Shown here one piece after another: positions 50,977-61,661 of a stretch of 64,000 bases of DNA. Numbering within the stretch: the stretch's first letter is position 1; each line of letters starts with the position of its first letter. A program made the position numbers and the translations under genes. Below the pieces are notes generated by a model, which did no database searches, had not been told where the DNA came from, and saw nothing but the letters and a program-made list of their open reading frames with translations. The stretch spans positions 192,001 to 256,000 of the forward strand of contig CAWHEP010000008.1 of assembly GCA_963828525.1 (NCBI GenBank). Reading direction: 5' to 3'. This DNA is from an uncultured Verrucomicrobiae bacterium (GTDB lineage Bacteria; Verrucomicrobiota; Verrucomicrobiia; Chthoniobacterales; Chthoniobacteraceae).

Positions 50977-51103
50977 ACGAATGAGATAAGGGAAATCACC
51001 GCGCGGGACAACCCGTTCCGGTCACCATCCCAAGACGAGCGGCCGGCAAACCGCCAAAATCCGAGAGCGCGTTCGCGTTTACCGTCCTCCACAGCGATGA
51101 CTT

Positions 51104-51907
51104 TCATCGCGCCATGTGCCGTGGTCTAGGCAGAAAAGAACGCAGCACGAATATCGGGATCAGACTGACGATGATCATCAACACCGCCACGACAGCTCCA
51201 GGTATGACTCGAGCGCGGTCCCGCATGACGCCGTCAAGAGCCTGCCGGACCACCTGCGTAGAACGCACCTTGAGGGACTCTGGAGCGTCTGTCTGACCGG
51301 ACTCCTTCCTATTGGCGACCCGATGGAACTCGGTATCCACTGGGCCCGGACAGAGAGCCGTAACGGAAACACCTGTGCCGCGAAGCTCCAGCCGGATTGC
51401 TTCCGTAAAACTGCTTACGTATGCCTTGCTTGCGGCATACACAGCCAGATTCGGAACCGGCAGGAGGGCCGCGACGGAACTTACGTTGAGGATCGCTGCC
51501 TGAGGGTGCGCGAGGAGGGTCGGTATCAATGCATGAGTCAGACGTGTGAGCGCCTGAATGTTGACGTCGATGATCCTTTTGATCCGGGTCCAGTCGCTCT
51601 CCTCAAACAAACCGTAGTCCCCCACCCCCGCGTTATTGATGAGGAAATCAATTTTTAGGCCGCTCTCCGTGAGCCACGCGAGAAACTGCGTAACCTGCCC
51701 GGTATCGGCAAGGTCATGCCCGCAAATACGGATATCGAGACGCGGGTGCTCCGCCATTAGTTCGCGTTTGAGTTCCTCAAGCCTTTCCTCGCGGCGGGCG
51801 ACGAGGACGAGGCACTCCGCAAGCGGCGCGAGCTGACGCGCGAACTCCTGCCCGATCCCTGCGGAGGCGCCAGTAATCAGAGCTGTGCAACCGTTTAGAA
51901 ACTGCAT
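51104..51907 (-). CDS. SDR oxidoreductase
   Basis: TGASAGIG, NNAG, YAASK, CPGPVDT. Confidence 0.93.
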   Translation of the reverse strand: MQFLNGCTALITGASAGIGQEFARQLAPLAECLVLVARREERLEELKRELMAEHPRLDIRICGHDLADTGQVTQFLAWLTESGLKIDFLINNAGVGDYGLFEESDWTRIKRIIDVNIQALTRLTHALIPTLLAHPQAAILNVSSVAALLPVPNLAVYAASKAYVSSFTEAIRLELRGTGVSVTALCPGPVDTEFHRVANRKESGQTDAPESLKVRSTQVVRQALDGVMRDRARVIPGAVVAVLMIIVSLIPIFVLRSFLPRPRHMAR

Positions 51908-51919
51908 AAGAAGAGCACC

Positions 51920-52273
51920 ATGGTAGTCGTCAATCTAGCGGATCAGAAACCTTTTAGGACAAAGGACGGCTCCCAAATCCGCAGCATACTGGACGCGACA
52001 AACGCCCCTGTCCAATACCAAAGTCTCGCCGAGGCCCAGCTGGAAGAAGGCGGGTCTACCCAGGCGCATTATCACCGGAAGAGCGAGGAGTTCTATTTCG
52101 TCCTGGAGGGAGCGGGCGCGATGGTCATTGACGGCGAACGCCAAGCAATAGGTCCGGGAGACGCGATCCTCATCCCGCCGGGATCGTGGCATTCCATCAT
52201 GGCGAGCGAGGCCCTTCGATTCCTGTGCTGCTGCGCGCCGCCATACGCGCATGAGGACACCTATTTCGAGTAG
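51920..52273 (+). CDS. Cupin domain protein
   Basis: HYHRKSEEFYFVLEG, GDAILIPPGSWH. Confidence 0.9.
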   Translation: MVVVNLADQKPFRTKDGSQIRSILDATNAPVQYQSLAEAQLEEGGSTQAHYHRKSEEFYFVLEGAGAMVIDGERQAIGPGDAILIPPGSWHSIMASEALRFLCCCAPPYAHEDTYFE

Positions 52274-52294
52274 AGAGGCGACGACTATGGTAAA

Positions 52295-52546
52295 TCACCA
52301 ACGGCTCCAGAAAGGCAGTTTGGCGTGCTCTGCGTCCTGTCGGCACAGTTCCTCCTGCTTCTGCACCCGCTGTGCCCGTTCTTGCGCAGCTTCCTCCCGA
52401 TGTTTGCGAGCCAATGTCAGATCGTTCCATTTCTGCGCTGCATAGTCAGCAGCCAAAATAGCCACGCCCACAGCAGAACCGCTCCATGACGTCAGATTCG
52501 CTTTCGGTGTCTCGATCGTTGCGGGGCTGCGAGAAGTAAGCACCAA
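52295..52546 (-). other. Possible gene fragment with coiled-coil tail at the island edge
   Basis: 83 aa ORF, charged helix ending LPFWSRW; no clear start. Confidence 0.3.
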
Positions 52547-52644
52547 TCGCGGGAATGGCTACAACCTGCGCTCGGCTCCAGCTTGGAGTGTTCCGTCCGC
52601 AAAGGGAATCTTAAGTGATTATAGCATCTGAAAAGTTTGCTAAT

Positions 52645-53418
52645 TCAGGCCTCGGTGTCCGACGCTCGCCATGCAGGCTCTCCCGATCTTGCTGCTTCGG
52701 CGGCAATATGGCCCGCGAACAACGTCACGAAGGTTTTGAAACTGGTCAGATCGGAGAGCTCGGAGTAGGCGCCGCTGTTAACTGCTGTTCGCGGTGAAGT
52801 GATGATGCAGGATGTGGTATAGAGCTGCTCTTGAACAAGACGCTGGCAGAGGATGTCGTAACGTTTCAAATACGAAGCCCTTTGGAACTCTGGAAACACC
52901 GAAAAATGCGGAGAGCGATCAGTGACGGGGCGGCGCGATTCCGGGGCGTCTTCCACCATCATCATCCAGCCGAGAAATGGGCGGGTGTTTTTGCCGAATG
53001 CACCTTCGCGATAAGCAGTCTGAAAATCATGGGCGGTGCCAATGGCCTCTTCCGTCCTATTGTTGAAATTATTTCCAAACGAGGGGCCGACTTGGCTCTT
53101 TAACTCAATGGCGGCAATCAGCCGGCATTGGTGGATTACCAGGAGATCCCAGAGTTTCGTGGGGCGAAAATATCCTGGCAGCGTGAGGACGGCGCGTTGC
53201 TGATGAATGTCTGCGTGAGCTAGACCATTGGAGCGCACGAGATCGATTATCAAGGCGATGAACCCGTCCATGTTCTTCCCAGCGGTGACGCCTGCGCGTT
53301 CACCCTGATCGACAATTCCCGCTTCAATTTGCTTTTGCCGTGCTTTCTCGCGATTTCCCCAGAACGCCATGACGGCTTCTCGGGCCTTCTTCTTGTAACC
53401 AGCCAGCGCGATTCCCAT
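52645..53418 (-). CDS. PaeR7I/XhoI-family type II restriction endonuclease (family site CTCGAG)
   Basis: [52 protein letters not shown]. Confidence 0.92.
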   Translation of the reverse strand: MGIALAGYKKKAREAVMAFWGNREKARQKQIEAGIVDQGERAGVTAGKNMDGFIALIIDLVRSNGLAHADIHQQRAVLTLPGYFRPTKLWDLLVIHQCRLIAAIELKSQVGPSFGNNFNNRTEEAIGTAHDFQTAYREGAFGKNTRPFLGWMMMVEDAPESRRPVTDRSPHFSVFPEFQRASYLKRYDILCQRLVQEQLYTTSCIITSPRTAVNSGAYSELSDLTSFKTFVTLFAGHIAAEAARSGEPAWRASDTEA

Positions 53419-53419
53419 A

Positions 53420-55145
53420 CTAAATCCCGTTCGCTTTCAGTGCGGCACGTTCGCTTTCGGTGAGCGCGTAGAGTTGGAACACAGTTTCGTTGCAGGAATG
53501 CACATCGTCTCGTTCCGCCGCTTCAATGAGGCTTCTTTGTGCCACGAGGGAAACATCGCACCATTTAGGAAGGCGGATGCGCCGGAGGTATTGCGCCTGG
53601 AAGCGCAAGAATCCTCCTTGCATTTTGGTTGAGTATGTCGAGACAAACAGGCGGGCGATTCCCGACATGAGGACAGCCTGAAGTGCTTTCAAATCCCACT
53701 CGTTTGATGTGACGTAGTATAGATTGTGATGGGGGTAGAGTCTTCCCTCTTCGAAGACGACGTGCGCGTCCCCCTTAATGTCAGGGATCAGGAGCTTCGG
53801 GGTTGTCGCGAGTATCGGCGTGATGCGATCAATCGTTCGATACCAGTTGGCGGGAGCTTTTTTCGCGACATGTCGTCCGGCAATATCGTCGCGCCGCGTT
53901 TCAAGGTAGCGTCTTAGTCGCGGGAATTCGGCCAAGTCAACCAAACTGCCATCGTCTGCGAATGGATTGACGACACCTTTACCGTGCCATCTGACGATTC
54001 CCGTCAAAATGTCGCGTGTCATGGCGAGTGGAAGTTTTCGGCTGTCCTCAACATCGAGTTCCTCAAAGGTGCCGATGAATGCCTTGTCCGCACCAGTGGC
54101 AACTCCGATCCCCACTTTGCATCCCACCTCCTCTAAGGTCGGAAACGAAGCTTCGAGGCGACGAATGAGGGTGACGCCGGCATCCGCATCCAAAATCCAC
54201 GGCTCACACCCGCGCGTGACATCGCGCAGCACATACACGCCGGTCTCTTCCGTGGGTGACTGGGCGCCTACGAGGGCCTGTGCGAGGCCGGAAAGAAAAT
54301 GGCTGTCGATGGACGGGCGATATGCGGCTCGGGTAGCGCCGGGTTACTCGGCTGATTACGACTATCGCGGGATAGGCGATTACGTCGGAATGGAATGCCG
54401 GGGTATTCACCATATCGACGTAGGCCCTTAGGTGAAACTGCTCGGCGATGAGGCGCCGCAACGGGCCACCGTATTTGTTCTTCATCCAGCGATCCGCGCA
54501 GATGAAGCCAAGGCTCCCGTTTTGGTTCAGCAACGAAAGGGACCGCTCAATGAATGGGATGTAAATATCCGCCCGATCATAAATAGTGCGATACCGCTTT
54601 CGATATTCGGCCATGAGTGCATCCGGGATCAATTCCTGGCGCACATAGGGCGGGTTTCCGAAAACCATGTCAAACGAGCCGCCAATTTGAACGAGCAGGT
54701 AATCCCCGGCAGTGAGCCACCGCATGGCAAGCCGGCAGGCGGTTTCCTCAGGTATCGCGAATTCTTCGAGAAGCGCGACCACCTTCTTGCTGGTCAACTC
54801 GAAAGTCTGACGGTGGAGTTCAACGCCCCGGACGCAGCCGGCGAGGTCGGCGGCAGGAGTGCCCTCGCGTTTCCAGGCATTGAGCAGTCGCCGAATAGCC
54901 ATGAGTAAAAAGTCCCCGTTGCCGAAGGATGGCTCCAGAAACCGCATGCGTGGCAACGGCCGGTCTTCCCTGTACCCAACTAAATCGAGAATGAAGTTCG
55001 CCACTTCCGGTTTTGTGAAAACGGCACCACGCTCCTCCCGTCCGCTAGTAGCGAGGGAATTCAGAGCCGCGGTGACTTCGCACATGCCCTCGAAAGAGGG
55101 CTCGTGAAGCGGCGGCGTAATATTAAAATCCCCGGCTATTTCCAT
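53420..55145 (-). CDS. Cognate gamma-class N6-adenine methyltransferase (M.PaeR7I-like), apparent frameshift at about 54345
   Basis: [23 protein letters not shown] half [36 protein letters not shown]. Confidence 0.9.
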
Positions 55146-55393
55146 GCCAGTGCTTGCAAGCTGGGAATCGACGACAACCGCGATTCACAGTCGCAAGCCT
55201 CAATATGTTGTGGCTGGAGATTCAGAAATCCCACCGTATATTATGGGCATGCCAGGGTCAATTCCAGACTTGTCGCTTTCCTGCTTGGAGAATCGGCAGA
55301 AGATAGCACGATCGGTGGCCTGCGTCTTTGTTCAACGCGTTTGATACGGCATCGCTCAAACACGTGAATGACTCTATGACAAAGAAGCTCCCT

Positions 55394-56023
55394 CTACAGA
55401 GGCCTTTTCACACGACTTAGAGGCAATCCACCGCTCTTCGCTAATATGACTAACTCGTCGATCACCGCTTCAGTAGATATGTCGTCGGATAGTCGGGCGA
55501 AATCGAAGCTTTTGCCGCGGATCCCCTCGTTCTCTAAGAATTCAGGAATTTCCCCGTTCTCTATGAATCGGCGGAGATACTCGTGGTTAGTTCTTATTTG
55601 AGAGTAAGCCTCCTTCCAGTCTTGATACAGAAGGAATCCAATCTTTGTTCCGGCTTTTTCAACCGGAGCAAAAGTCGTGACATCGGTTTCCTGGGCCGCT
55701 GGGTGATCGCTTATGAAGTAACCCGTATCGCTAAACAACCACATGGAAACGTTGATCGCCTGCTGCTCCGCGTCTTCTCGCTCGAAATAAAATTCATAGA
55801 ACATCAGGTTTAACCAATCCCAAGCCCAATTTTCTAGCGACCCCTTCCCATCCTTAGGAGCGCACTCGCTGAAATAGCAATAACCACCCTTATACGTCAT
55901 GCCCAACTGAGTGCCTATGTATCTGGCCGCGTCGAGGGCCATCCGTTGATAGTCGTGGAGAAGCCGATAAGCTTTCCTCACGTCCAGAAGAGCCTCGTGC
56001 ATTTTTACGGTTGATGCGTTCAT
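55394..56023 (-). CDS. Hypothetical protein, coupled to the upstream nuclease
   Basis: Intact 209 aa ORF, visibly more AT-rich than flanking core genes; ATGA overlap with the reconstructed upstream gene. Confidence 0.8.
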   Translation of the reverse strand: MNASTVKMHEALLDVRKAYRLLHDYQRMALDAARYIGTQLGMTYKGGYCYFSECAPKDGKGSLENWAWDWLNLMFYEFYFEREDAEQQAINVSMWLFSDTGYFISDHPAAQETDVTTFAPVEKAGTKIGFLLYQDWKEAYSQIRTNHEYLRRFIENGEIPEFLENEGIRGKSFDFARLSDDISTEAVIDELVILAKSGGLPLSRVKRPL

Positions 56024-56709
56024 AAGAAAAGTTCCTTGCTGCGCTTCTGGAAAAGCTGGAGGTGAGAAGAGATGGAAGGGCTCATTGAATTTTGCTCGAA
56101 ATGGAAATCAGCGAACCATTTACATCTCATATATCCGTGACAGGCGAACATGGCGATCAAGTCAGTGAGAATACGGTCGTGCGCGTGCCCCTGCGAGGTT
56201 AGGTACCTCCAGCCGTCGCGTCTCTTTTTGCATACGCTCGCATTCTGTGAGCAGGCGCTCCCATCTGCACATATGCACCGGACATCGAATCGAAGTCAGC
56301 ACGACTTCATCGTCTTTCGTGTCCCAGATTCCGCCCAAGGCAATCAAACAAACAGGAACCTGATCGTTTCCATATTCATTAGCGGTGGAGGCGGTGATCT
56401 GATTTTGCCACTGATTGGAATTTTGCTGGAAGGAATCCCACCGTTTCGCTTCGACGATCAGATCGAATTCTGAAAATCTTATGAACAGGTCAGGAACGAC
56501 TCGATTGACGTTGCTGGTTCCAGAGTAGCATCCCAGTTCGGTCGAAATTCCACTGCCTCCGAGCTCTCCCGCAGTTGCCGCGAGAAGATCGGAGTAACAT
56601 GCATTTTGCGGAGAATTTTCCAGAAGACTTCCGTCGGAAGGTGGAGAAGATGTGTGAAAACAGCCGCAGTTAACGAATCCTCACAATGATTTATAAATGC
56701 CCCAAGCAC
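56020..56709 (-). pseudogene. PD-(D/E)XK nuclease gene broken by about 4 indels (errors or decay)
   Basis: Reconstructed EDSLTAAVF..LLHLP..FW / VVPDLFIRFSEFDLIVEAKR..Q / DRILTDLIAMF...KELFL* across frames. Confidence 0.7.
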
Positions 56710-57225
56710 ACTTTAGACGTTGAGCGATTTTGACGTCAACGTCCATGAAAAAAATTGATGGTCTCGTTGCATCCTGTCATGGTTGAAGATTGAAGCATTC
56801 CTTAGCCTTGGGATAAGGGTTCTCATGGACATCCAAGGAGAAGCAGTAGCCCCCTGTTCGGGACGCCGCCGCCGCGATTTGGCGGTTGGTGTCAAACTCC
56901 AACCGCGCCGGATAGCAGGCCTCGGATACTACCGCGTAGTCCATCCCTCCACACACGCTTCCTAACTGCGGTTCAGAGCGCTGTGACTCTGGCCAAGCCT
57001 TTCCTTGCTGGCGCTCTTAAGGAAATCGGCCCGTGCTGCCCACCGCCGCGAGACGTTGGCGAATGTCAGGCCGCGCGCGCAAGAGTCGCAACTTGTCCAT
57101 CGACCCGGCGTAGATGGCGCCTCTGAATTAGTTGAAAAGATGTTCTCCGCGACATCTGACACAGGAGCATCTGACACCGCGTATTGCCAAACCGCCAGAG
57201 AAGACCTCAGGATGCCACCCCAGCT

Positions 57226-58611
57226 ATGAACAACTCCCCTTTACTGTTCGCGGCCACGCTTTCCCTTGCGCTGGCGGCCTGCGCGCCAATGACGGCTTTT
57301 TACCCAAACTCAAAGGGCAGCCCGCAGAATTCCGTGAAGCGGACCGCGGGATACACGCTTGCGTTCGTGGAGTTTGGGGAACAGGGGTCGTATCAGGATC
57401 CTACCCAGCTCGAGAATGTGCTCGCGCTGATCAAGGCTACGCCTCGCCCGCTCGTGGTGACCTATGTGCATGGCTGGCAGAACAACGCGCGTTCGGGCGA
57501 CGCTGAGAAATTCACCGATCTGCTGAAGGACCTCAGTGAGTCCAAGGCTGTCAGGGAAGCGGGCTTCAACGTGCTCGGAGTGTATCTGGGATGGCGCGGG
57601 CAATTGACGACGGTTCCTGTGGCGAAAGAATTGACTTTTTTCAGCCGGAAGGCGGCGGCGGAACGCCTAGCCAGTAATTTCGACTGCTACGATGCCATCG
57701 CAACTGTATCCGAGGCGGCTCGCAAATATCACTCGGCTGCTGGTCAATATACGATTTTGATAGGCCATTCATTCGGTGGGTTGGTCGTGGAGCGATCGGT
57801 CGCGCACGCCATTAACGCGGAAATTCACGGCCGTTCTGATCCCGGCAACGCTCTTCCCGCTGATCTTATCCTGCTTCTAAACCCCGCCTCGGACTCCATC
57901 CTGACCCGGCAGATGATTGCGGCGCTTTACAGCAGGCATCTTGAGAATACTCGCCAGTTCCTCGTTTCACTGACTTCCACCAAGGATGACGCGACGGGAC
58001 TGGCCTTCCCGATCGGGACGAACCTGGCCGCGATGACAAAAGGTTTCAATGATGTGCGCGTGCCTGGCGAGACTTCGGAGAGCGCCAGCGAGCGGAAATT
58101 CTTCACGACCACACCTGGGCACAACAAGTTCCTCATCAACCACGAAACGGAGGATCTGCACAAGACTCTCCCAGGGAGAGGTCAGAAGGCTTTCGAGGTG
58201 AACCTCTCCAAGAATCTTTCAGGACATATCTTTACTACGGACGACGGGGCCGGAGGGTTGAAATTGTGGCATTTCAAAAAAGTGGGGGCTGTAGATGTGC
58301 CGTATTGGGATGTCGAGGTTGATCCCGCCATTATCAAGGATCACGGTGACATATGGAACGACCGCGCGCGGGCTATGATGGCGGCAATTTTTCGGATGAA
58401 CATTCCGGAGCGGATGAAAGCAGCTTCGGGTTCCGTCACAGCAGCGCGCGTCCAAAATGCCGCGCCCGCAGTATTAAAGGCTATTCCCGCGAAACCCGAT
58501 CTGCATAAAGAACCTGACTTCCGGAGGCTGGACACGCCGCGAAAACCTGGCGGTACCAAGCTTCCGCAGCAGCCATCCACGCAAGCAGACCACCCAACCT
58601 TTTCCAACTAA
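57226..58611 (+). CDS. Alpha/beta-hydrolase lipoprotein
   Basis: Lipobox LAAC, YVHGWQNNA, GHSFGG nucleophile elbow, DDAT, HGDIW. Confidence 0.8.
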   Translation: MNNSPLLFAATLSLALAACAPMTAFYPNSKGSPQNSVKRTAGYTLAFVEFGEQGSYQDPTQLENVLALIKATPRPLVVTYVHGWQNNARSGDAEKFTDLLKDLSESKAVREAGFNVLGVYLGWRGQLTTVPVAKELTFFSRKAAAERLASNFDCYDAIATVSEAARKYHSAAGQYTILIGHSFGGLVVERSVAHAINAEIHGRSDPGNALPADLILLLNPASDSILTRQMIAALYSRHLENTRQFLVSLTSTKDDATGLAFPIGTNLAAMTKGFNDVRVPGETSESASERKFFTTTPGHNKFLINHETEDLHKTLPGRGQKAFEVNLSKNLSGHIFTTDDGAGGLKLWHFKKVGAVDVPYWDVEVDPAIIKDHGDIWNDRARAMMAAIFRMNIPERMKAASGSVTAARVQNAAPAVLKAIPAKPDLHKEPDFRRLDTPRKPGGTKLPQQPSTQADHPTFSN

Positions 58612-58612
58612 C

Positions 58613-59830
58613 TTGAACACAAAATCCTGTTTTCTGCTCCCGGTCATGGCTCTTTTGAGTCTTGCCCCCTTCTCCCACGCCCAGGAAAACCCGGCACGGG
58701 GGGCTCCGAACACCTTCTACGAACGCTTTCCGCAGAGCGACTGCCTTTCGCAGGCTCTGCTGGGCCCAATCAATCTGCTGGACACACCTTTCGACAAATT
58801 CGACGAGTTCAAAAAGCAAAATCACCTTCCGGTAACGTTGGGAGCGTATAGCTGGTTCCACGTCAACCATGGCGGACCGAACGCAGACGGGTATGGCATT
58901 CCAGGGCTGCGAGGCACCTATTTTTACTACATCGATGCCGATCCCGAGATTTCGCTGAACAATCCGTATGTTCACAAGATCGGCGCGCACGCCGAATTCC
59001 GCTTCCGCGATACCGAGGATAGGTTTCGTTCCTACTTCACTCACACGTACTGGTTTTACGAGCTTTACGGCTGGGCCGACACAGACATAGGGCGCTTCAA
59101 GCTTGGTAAAATCTGGAGACGCTTCGGCGTGGATTGGGACGATACCTGGTGGGGAAACGTCCAATACTTCGACGGGTTCAAGTTGAACCCCGATTACGGC
59201 ATTAGTTGGGAACAAACATGGAAGGTTTCGAAACAATTTACGGTGGACAGTTTTGCCCAGTTCTTTGTGGCGCAGGATGGCATCGCGGGCGCGGAACCGA
59301 ACTCCATGCCAGAGACGACAACCGGATCGGCGGAGCACAATACCGGCATCGTGAGAGTGGTGCCTACGTGGAAGCTCTCGGATAACTCCGCGCTGGCGCT
59401 CGGCATGTCCGCCTCGATCGGACAGATAGACAACCAGCCGAGGAACGGCCCGGATCAAACGCCCAAAGCTTACGCGCTGGACTTAACTTACACATATGAC
59501 CATCTGAAGCTCTTTGGGGAAGGCCTGCAAGAATTTGGAGTTTTGAACCGCAACTTTTATGTTTCGCAAGGGCCTAGCAATCGCATCAGCGACTGCCTGC
59601 TCGGCGCCGAGTATAAGTATGGCCCGGCGACTTTCCGCGTCGCGTATTCAGCCGGGTTTGAAGCCAATCCATCGGGCCACCAGTCCCTTTGGGTGCCCGG
59701 TGTCACGCTGGGGTTAACCAAGAACGTTGATCTCCTTTTCGAGTACGTCCGCTGGGACGTTTATAATAAAACGCGGGAACACTCTGTGTACGAAGACGGC
59801 TTCCAAATAGTGTTCAATTGGAGGCTATAA
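58613..59830 (+). CDS. Outer-membrane beta-barrel/porin-like protein
   Basis: Signal peptide, aromatic-rich alternating strands, C-terminal FQIVFNWRL. Confidence 0.65.
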   Translation: MNTKSCFLLPVMALLSLAPFSHAQENPARGAPNTFYERFPQSDCLSQALLGPINLLDTPFDKFDEFKKQNHLPVTLGAYSWFHVNHGGPNADGYGIPGLRGTYFYYIDADPEISLNNPYVHKIGAHAEFRFRDTEDRFRSYFTHTYWFYELYGWADTDIGRFKLGKIWRRFGVDWDDTWWGNVQYFDGFKLNPDYGISWEQTWKVSKQFTVDSFAQFFVAQDGIAGAEPNSMPETTTGSAEHNTGIVRVVPTWKLSDNSALALGMSASIGQIDNQPRNGPDQTPKAYALDLTYTYDHLKLFGEGLQEFGVLNRNFYVSQGPSNRISDCLLGAEYKYGPATFRVAYSAGFEANPSGHQSLWVPGVTLGLTKNVDLLFEYVRWDVYNKTREHSVYEDGFQIVFNWRL

Positions 59831-59844
59831 GTCAGGCCAGGCAA

Positions 59845-60855
59845 ATGATGAAGATCTCAGCATTATTCACAGTAGCTACAGCGATTTTGGCAACCTGTGT
59901 TCAGGCGCAGGAGAAAACAGTCGTGCAGTACGACTGCATCCCCAATTATGCAAACTGGGGAGGCGTGACTGCCGAATATCAGAAGGAAACTGGCGTCCGG
60001 GTGCCTCCCGACATGAAGGGCAGCTCGGCGGCAATGGCAGCAATGGAGGCCGAGAAAGCAAATCCGCAAGCCGACTGCGCATACTATTCAGGAGCGATCG
60101 GGTATCAAGCGGCGGAAAAAGGGCTGCACCAGCCCTATAAGCCCGCCGGGTTCGAGAAGATCCCGGACGGCCTTAAAGACCCCAAGGGGCTTTGGTGGAC
60201 GGTGCATACCGGTTACATCGCCATCCTCGTCAACAAGGCGGCTCTAAAGGGAAAGCCGGTGCCGCGCAGCTTTGCCGACCTGTTAAAGCCCGATTATAAA
60301 GGGATGGTGGCCTACGACGACCCGACATGGGGAGGAACCGGATTTACGTTCGTTTACGGGATCAACTCCGTGCTCGGAGGCGGCGCGGATCTCAAGGCGG
60401 GATTCGACTATCTCAAGAAGCTCGACGCAAACGCGCTAAACTACCCTCGTGAGAATATCTATAATGACCTTCTCCGCGGGGAAGTGCCCATCTGGATCAA
60501 CGTGGATGGGAACGGCCTAAAGGCCAAGTACGCGGACGGCGCGCCTGTCGAAACGGTGATAGCCACGGAGGGAACAATTGTTATGCCGCTGGTGATGGGG
60601 TTAGCAGCGGGGGCTCCTCACCCTGAGGAAGCAAAGAAATACCTCGACTGGACTTTGGGCGATACAGCGCAAAAAATAATGGCTGAATCTTTTTTCCGTC
60701 CAGTGATGAAGGTGACGCTTTCGGAAAAGCTGAAAAGCGAATTCCTGCCCGATTCCGAGTATCTGAAAGTCACCGTGCTCCCGCTCTCCGAGATGGCAGC
60801 GCGGGCCGACGCCGTGAAGAAGCGCTGGATGGATGAGATCCGCGGGAGCCGGTAG
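59845..60855 (+). CDS. ABC substrate-binding protein (AfuA/PotD-like)
   Basis: Signal peptide, AEKANPQAD, SFADLLKPDYKG, APHPEEAKKYLDW. Confidence 0.9.
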   Translation: MMKISALFTVATAILATCVQAQEKTVVQYDCIPNYANWGGVTAEYQKETGVRVPPDMKGSSAAMAAMEAEKANPQADCAYYSGAIGYQAAEKGLHQPYKPAGFEKIPDGLKDPKGLWWTVHTGYIAILVNKAALKGKPVPRSFADLLKPDYKGMVAYDDPTWGGTGFTFVYGINSVLGGGADLKAGFDYLKKLDANALNYPRENIYNDLLRGEVPIWINVDGNGLKAKYADGAPVETVIATEGTIVMPLVMGLAAGAPHPEEAKKYLDWTLGDTAQKIMAESFFRPVMKVTLSEKLKSEFLPDSEYLKVTVLPLSEMAARADAVKKRWMDEIRGSR

Positions 60856-61661
60856 TGACTCCGCTTTGGCGAGCGGCGCTGCTGGCTCCGATTGTAGCAG
60901 TTTTCAGCCTATTTTTGCTGTGGCCGCTTGTCGTTTTGGGGCTTAAGAGCGCGCCTGGCGGCGCCACAGGGCACTACTTCGAGATTTTGCGCGACCCATT
61001 CTACCGGGGCGCGCTGGCACATTCGCTGGGACTGAGCGCAGCCGTTGCCTCGGCGGCAACACTAGCCTCTCTCCTTCCGGCTTGGCTTTTCGCATTTCAC
61101 GAGTTCCACGGGAAGTCCGCGATGCGGGCCGCCTTCACGCTTCCCATGTCGCTTTCAGGCATCATGATTGGATTCTTCGCGATCATCATGGTTGGGCGGA
61201 TCGGCATCGTGCCGAGCTTGCTCTTTCGGCTAACCGGCCATGCGTTTCTTTCCGGAGCAGCCTATCAGATGACAGGACTGGTGCTCGCCTACCTCTACTT
61301 CGAAATTCCGCGCGGCATGCTCACGCTCGAAGCTTCGTTGCGGCAGTTCGACCGCCGGATCGGAGCGGCTGCGCGGTCACTCGGCGCGAATGCATGCCAG
61401 CGCTTTTTCTGGATCATCCTGCCCCTGATCTGGCGCCCTATCGTGTCGACCTTCGGCGTCACGTTCAGCGTATCACTGGGTTCTTTCGGCGCGGCTCTTA
61501 TTCTTTCAAGGCGCTTCTCACTCCTGCCGCTGGAGATGTTTCATGAATTCACAGCATACCTGCACACCGGCCTCGCGGCAGCGATGGCGTTGGTTCTCGT
61601 GACGATCGCGCTGGGCGTGAACTGCCTGACGCACTGGAACATCGGAAGACGCGTTCGATGA
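60855..61661 (+). CDS. ABC permease
   Basis: 6 TMs, EAA-like GAAARSLGA. Confidence 0.9.
   Translation: MTPLWRAALLAPIVAVFSLFLLWPLVVLGLKSAPGGATGHYFEILRDPFYRGALAHSLGLSAAVASAATLASLLPAWLFAFHEFHGKSAMRAAFTLPMSLSGIMIGFFAIIMVGRIGIVPSLLFRLTGHAFLSGAAYQMTGLVLAYLYFEIPRGMLTLEASLRQFDRRIGAAARSLGANACQRFFWIILPLIWRPIVSTFGVTFSVSLGSFGAALILSRRFSLLPLEMFHEFTAYLHTGLAAAMALVLVTIALGVNCLTHWNIGRRVR

Noticed and set aside
55146..55393. Controller (C) protein upstream of the R-M genes
   Set aside because: No HTH-like ORF found
56960..57000. CCTAAC as another attC start
   Set aside because: No complementary arm or GTTRRRY partner visible
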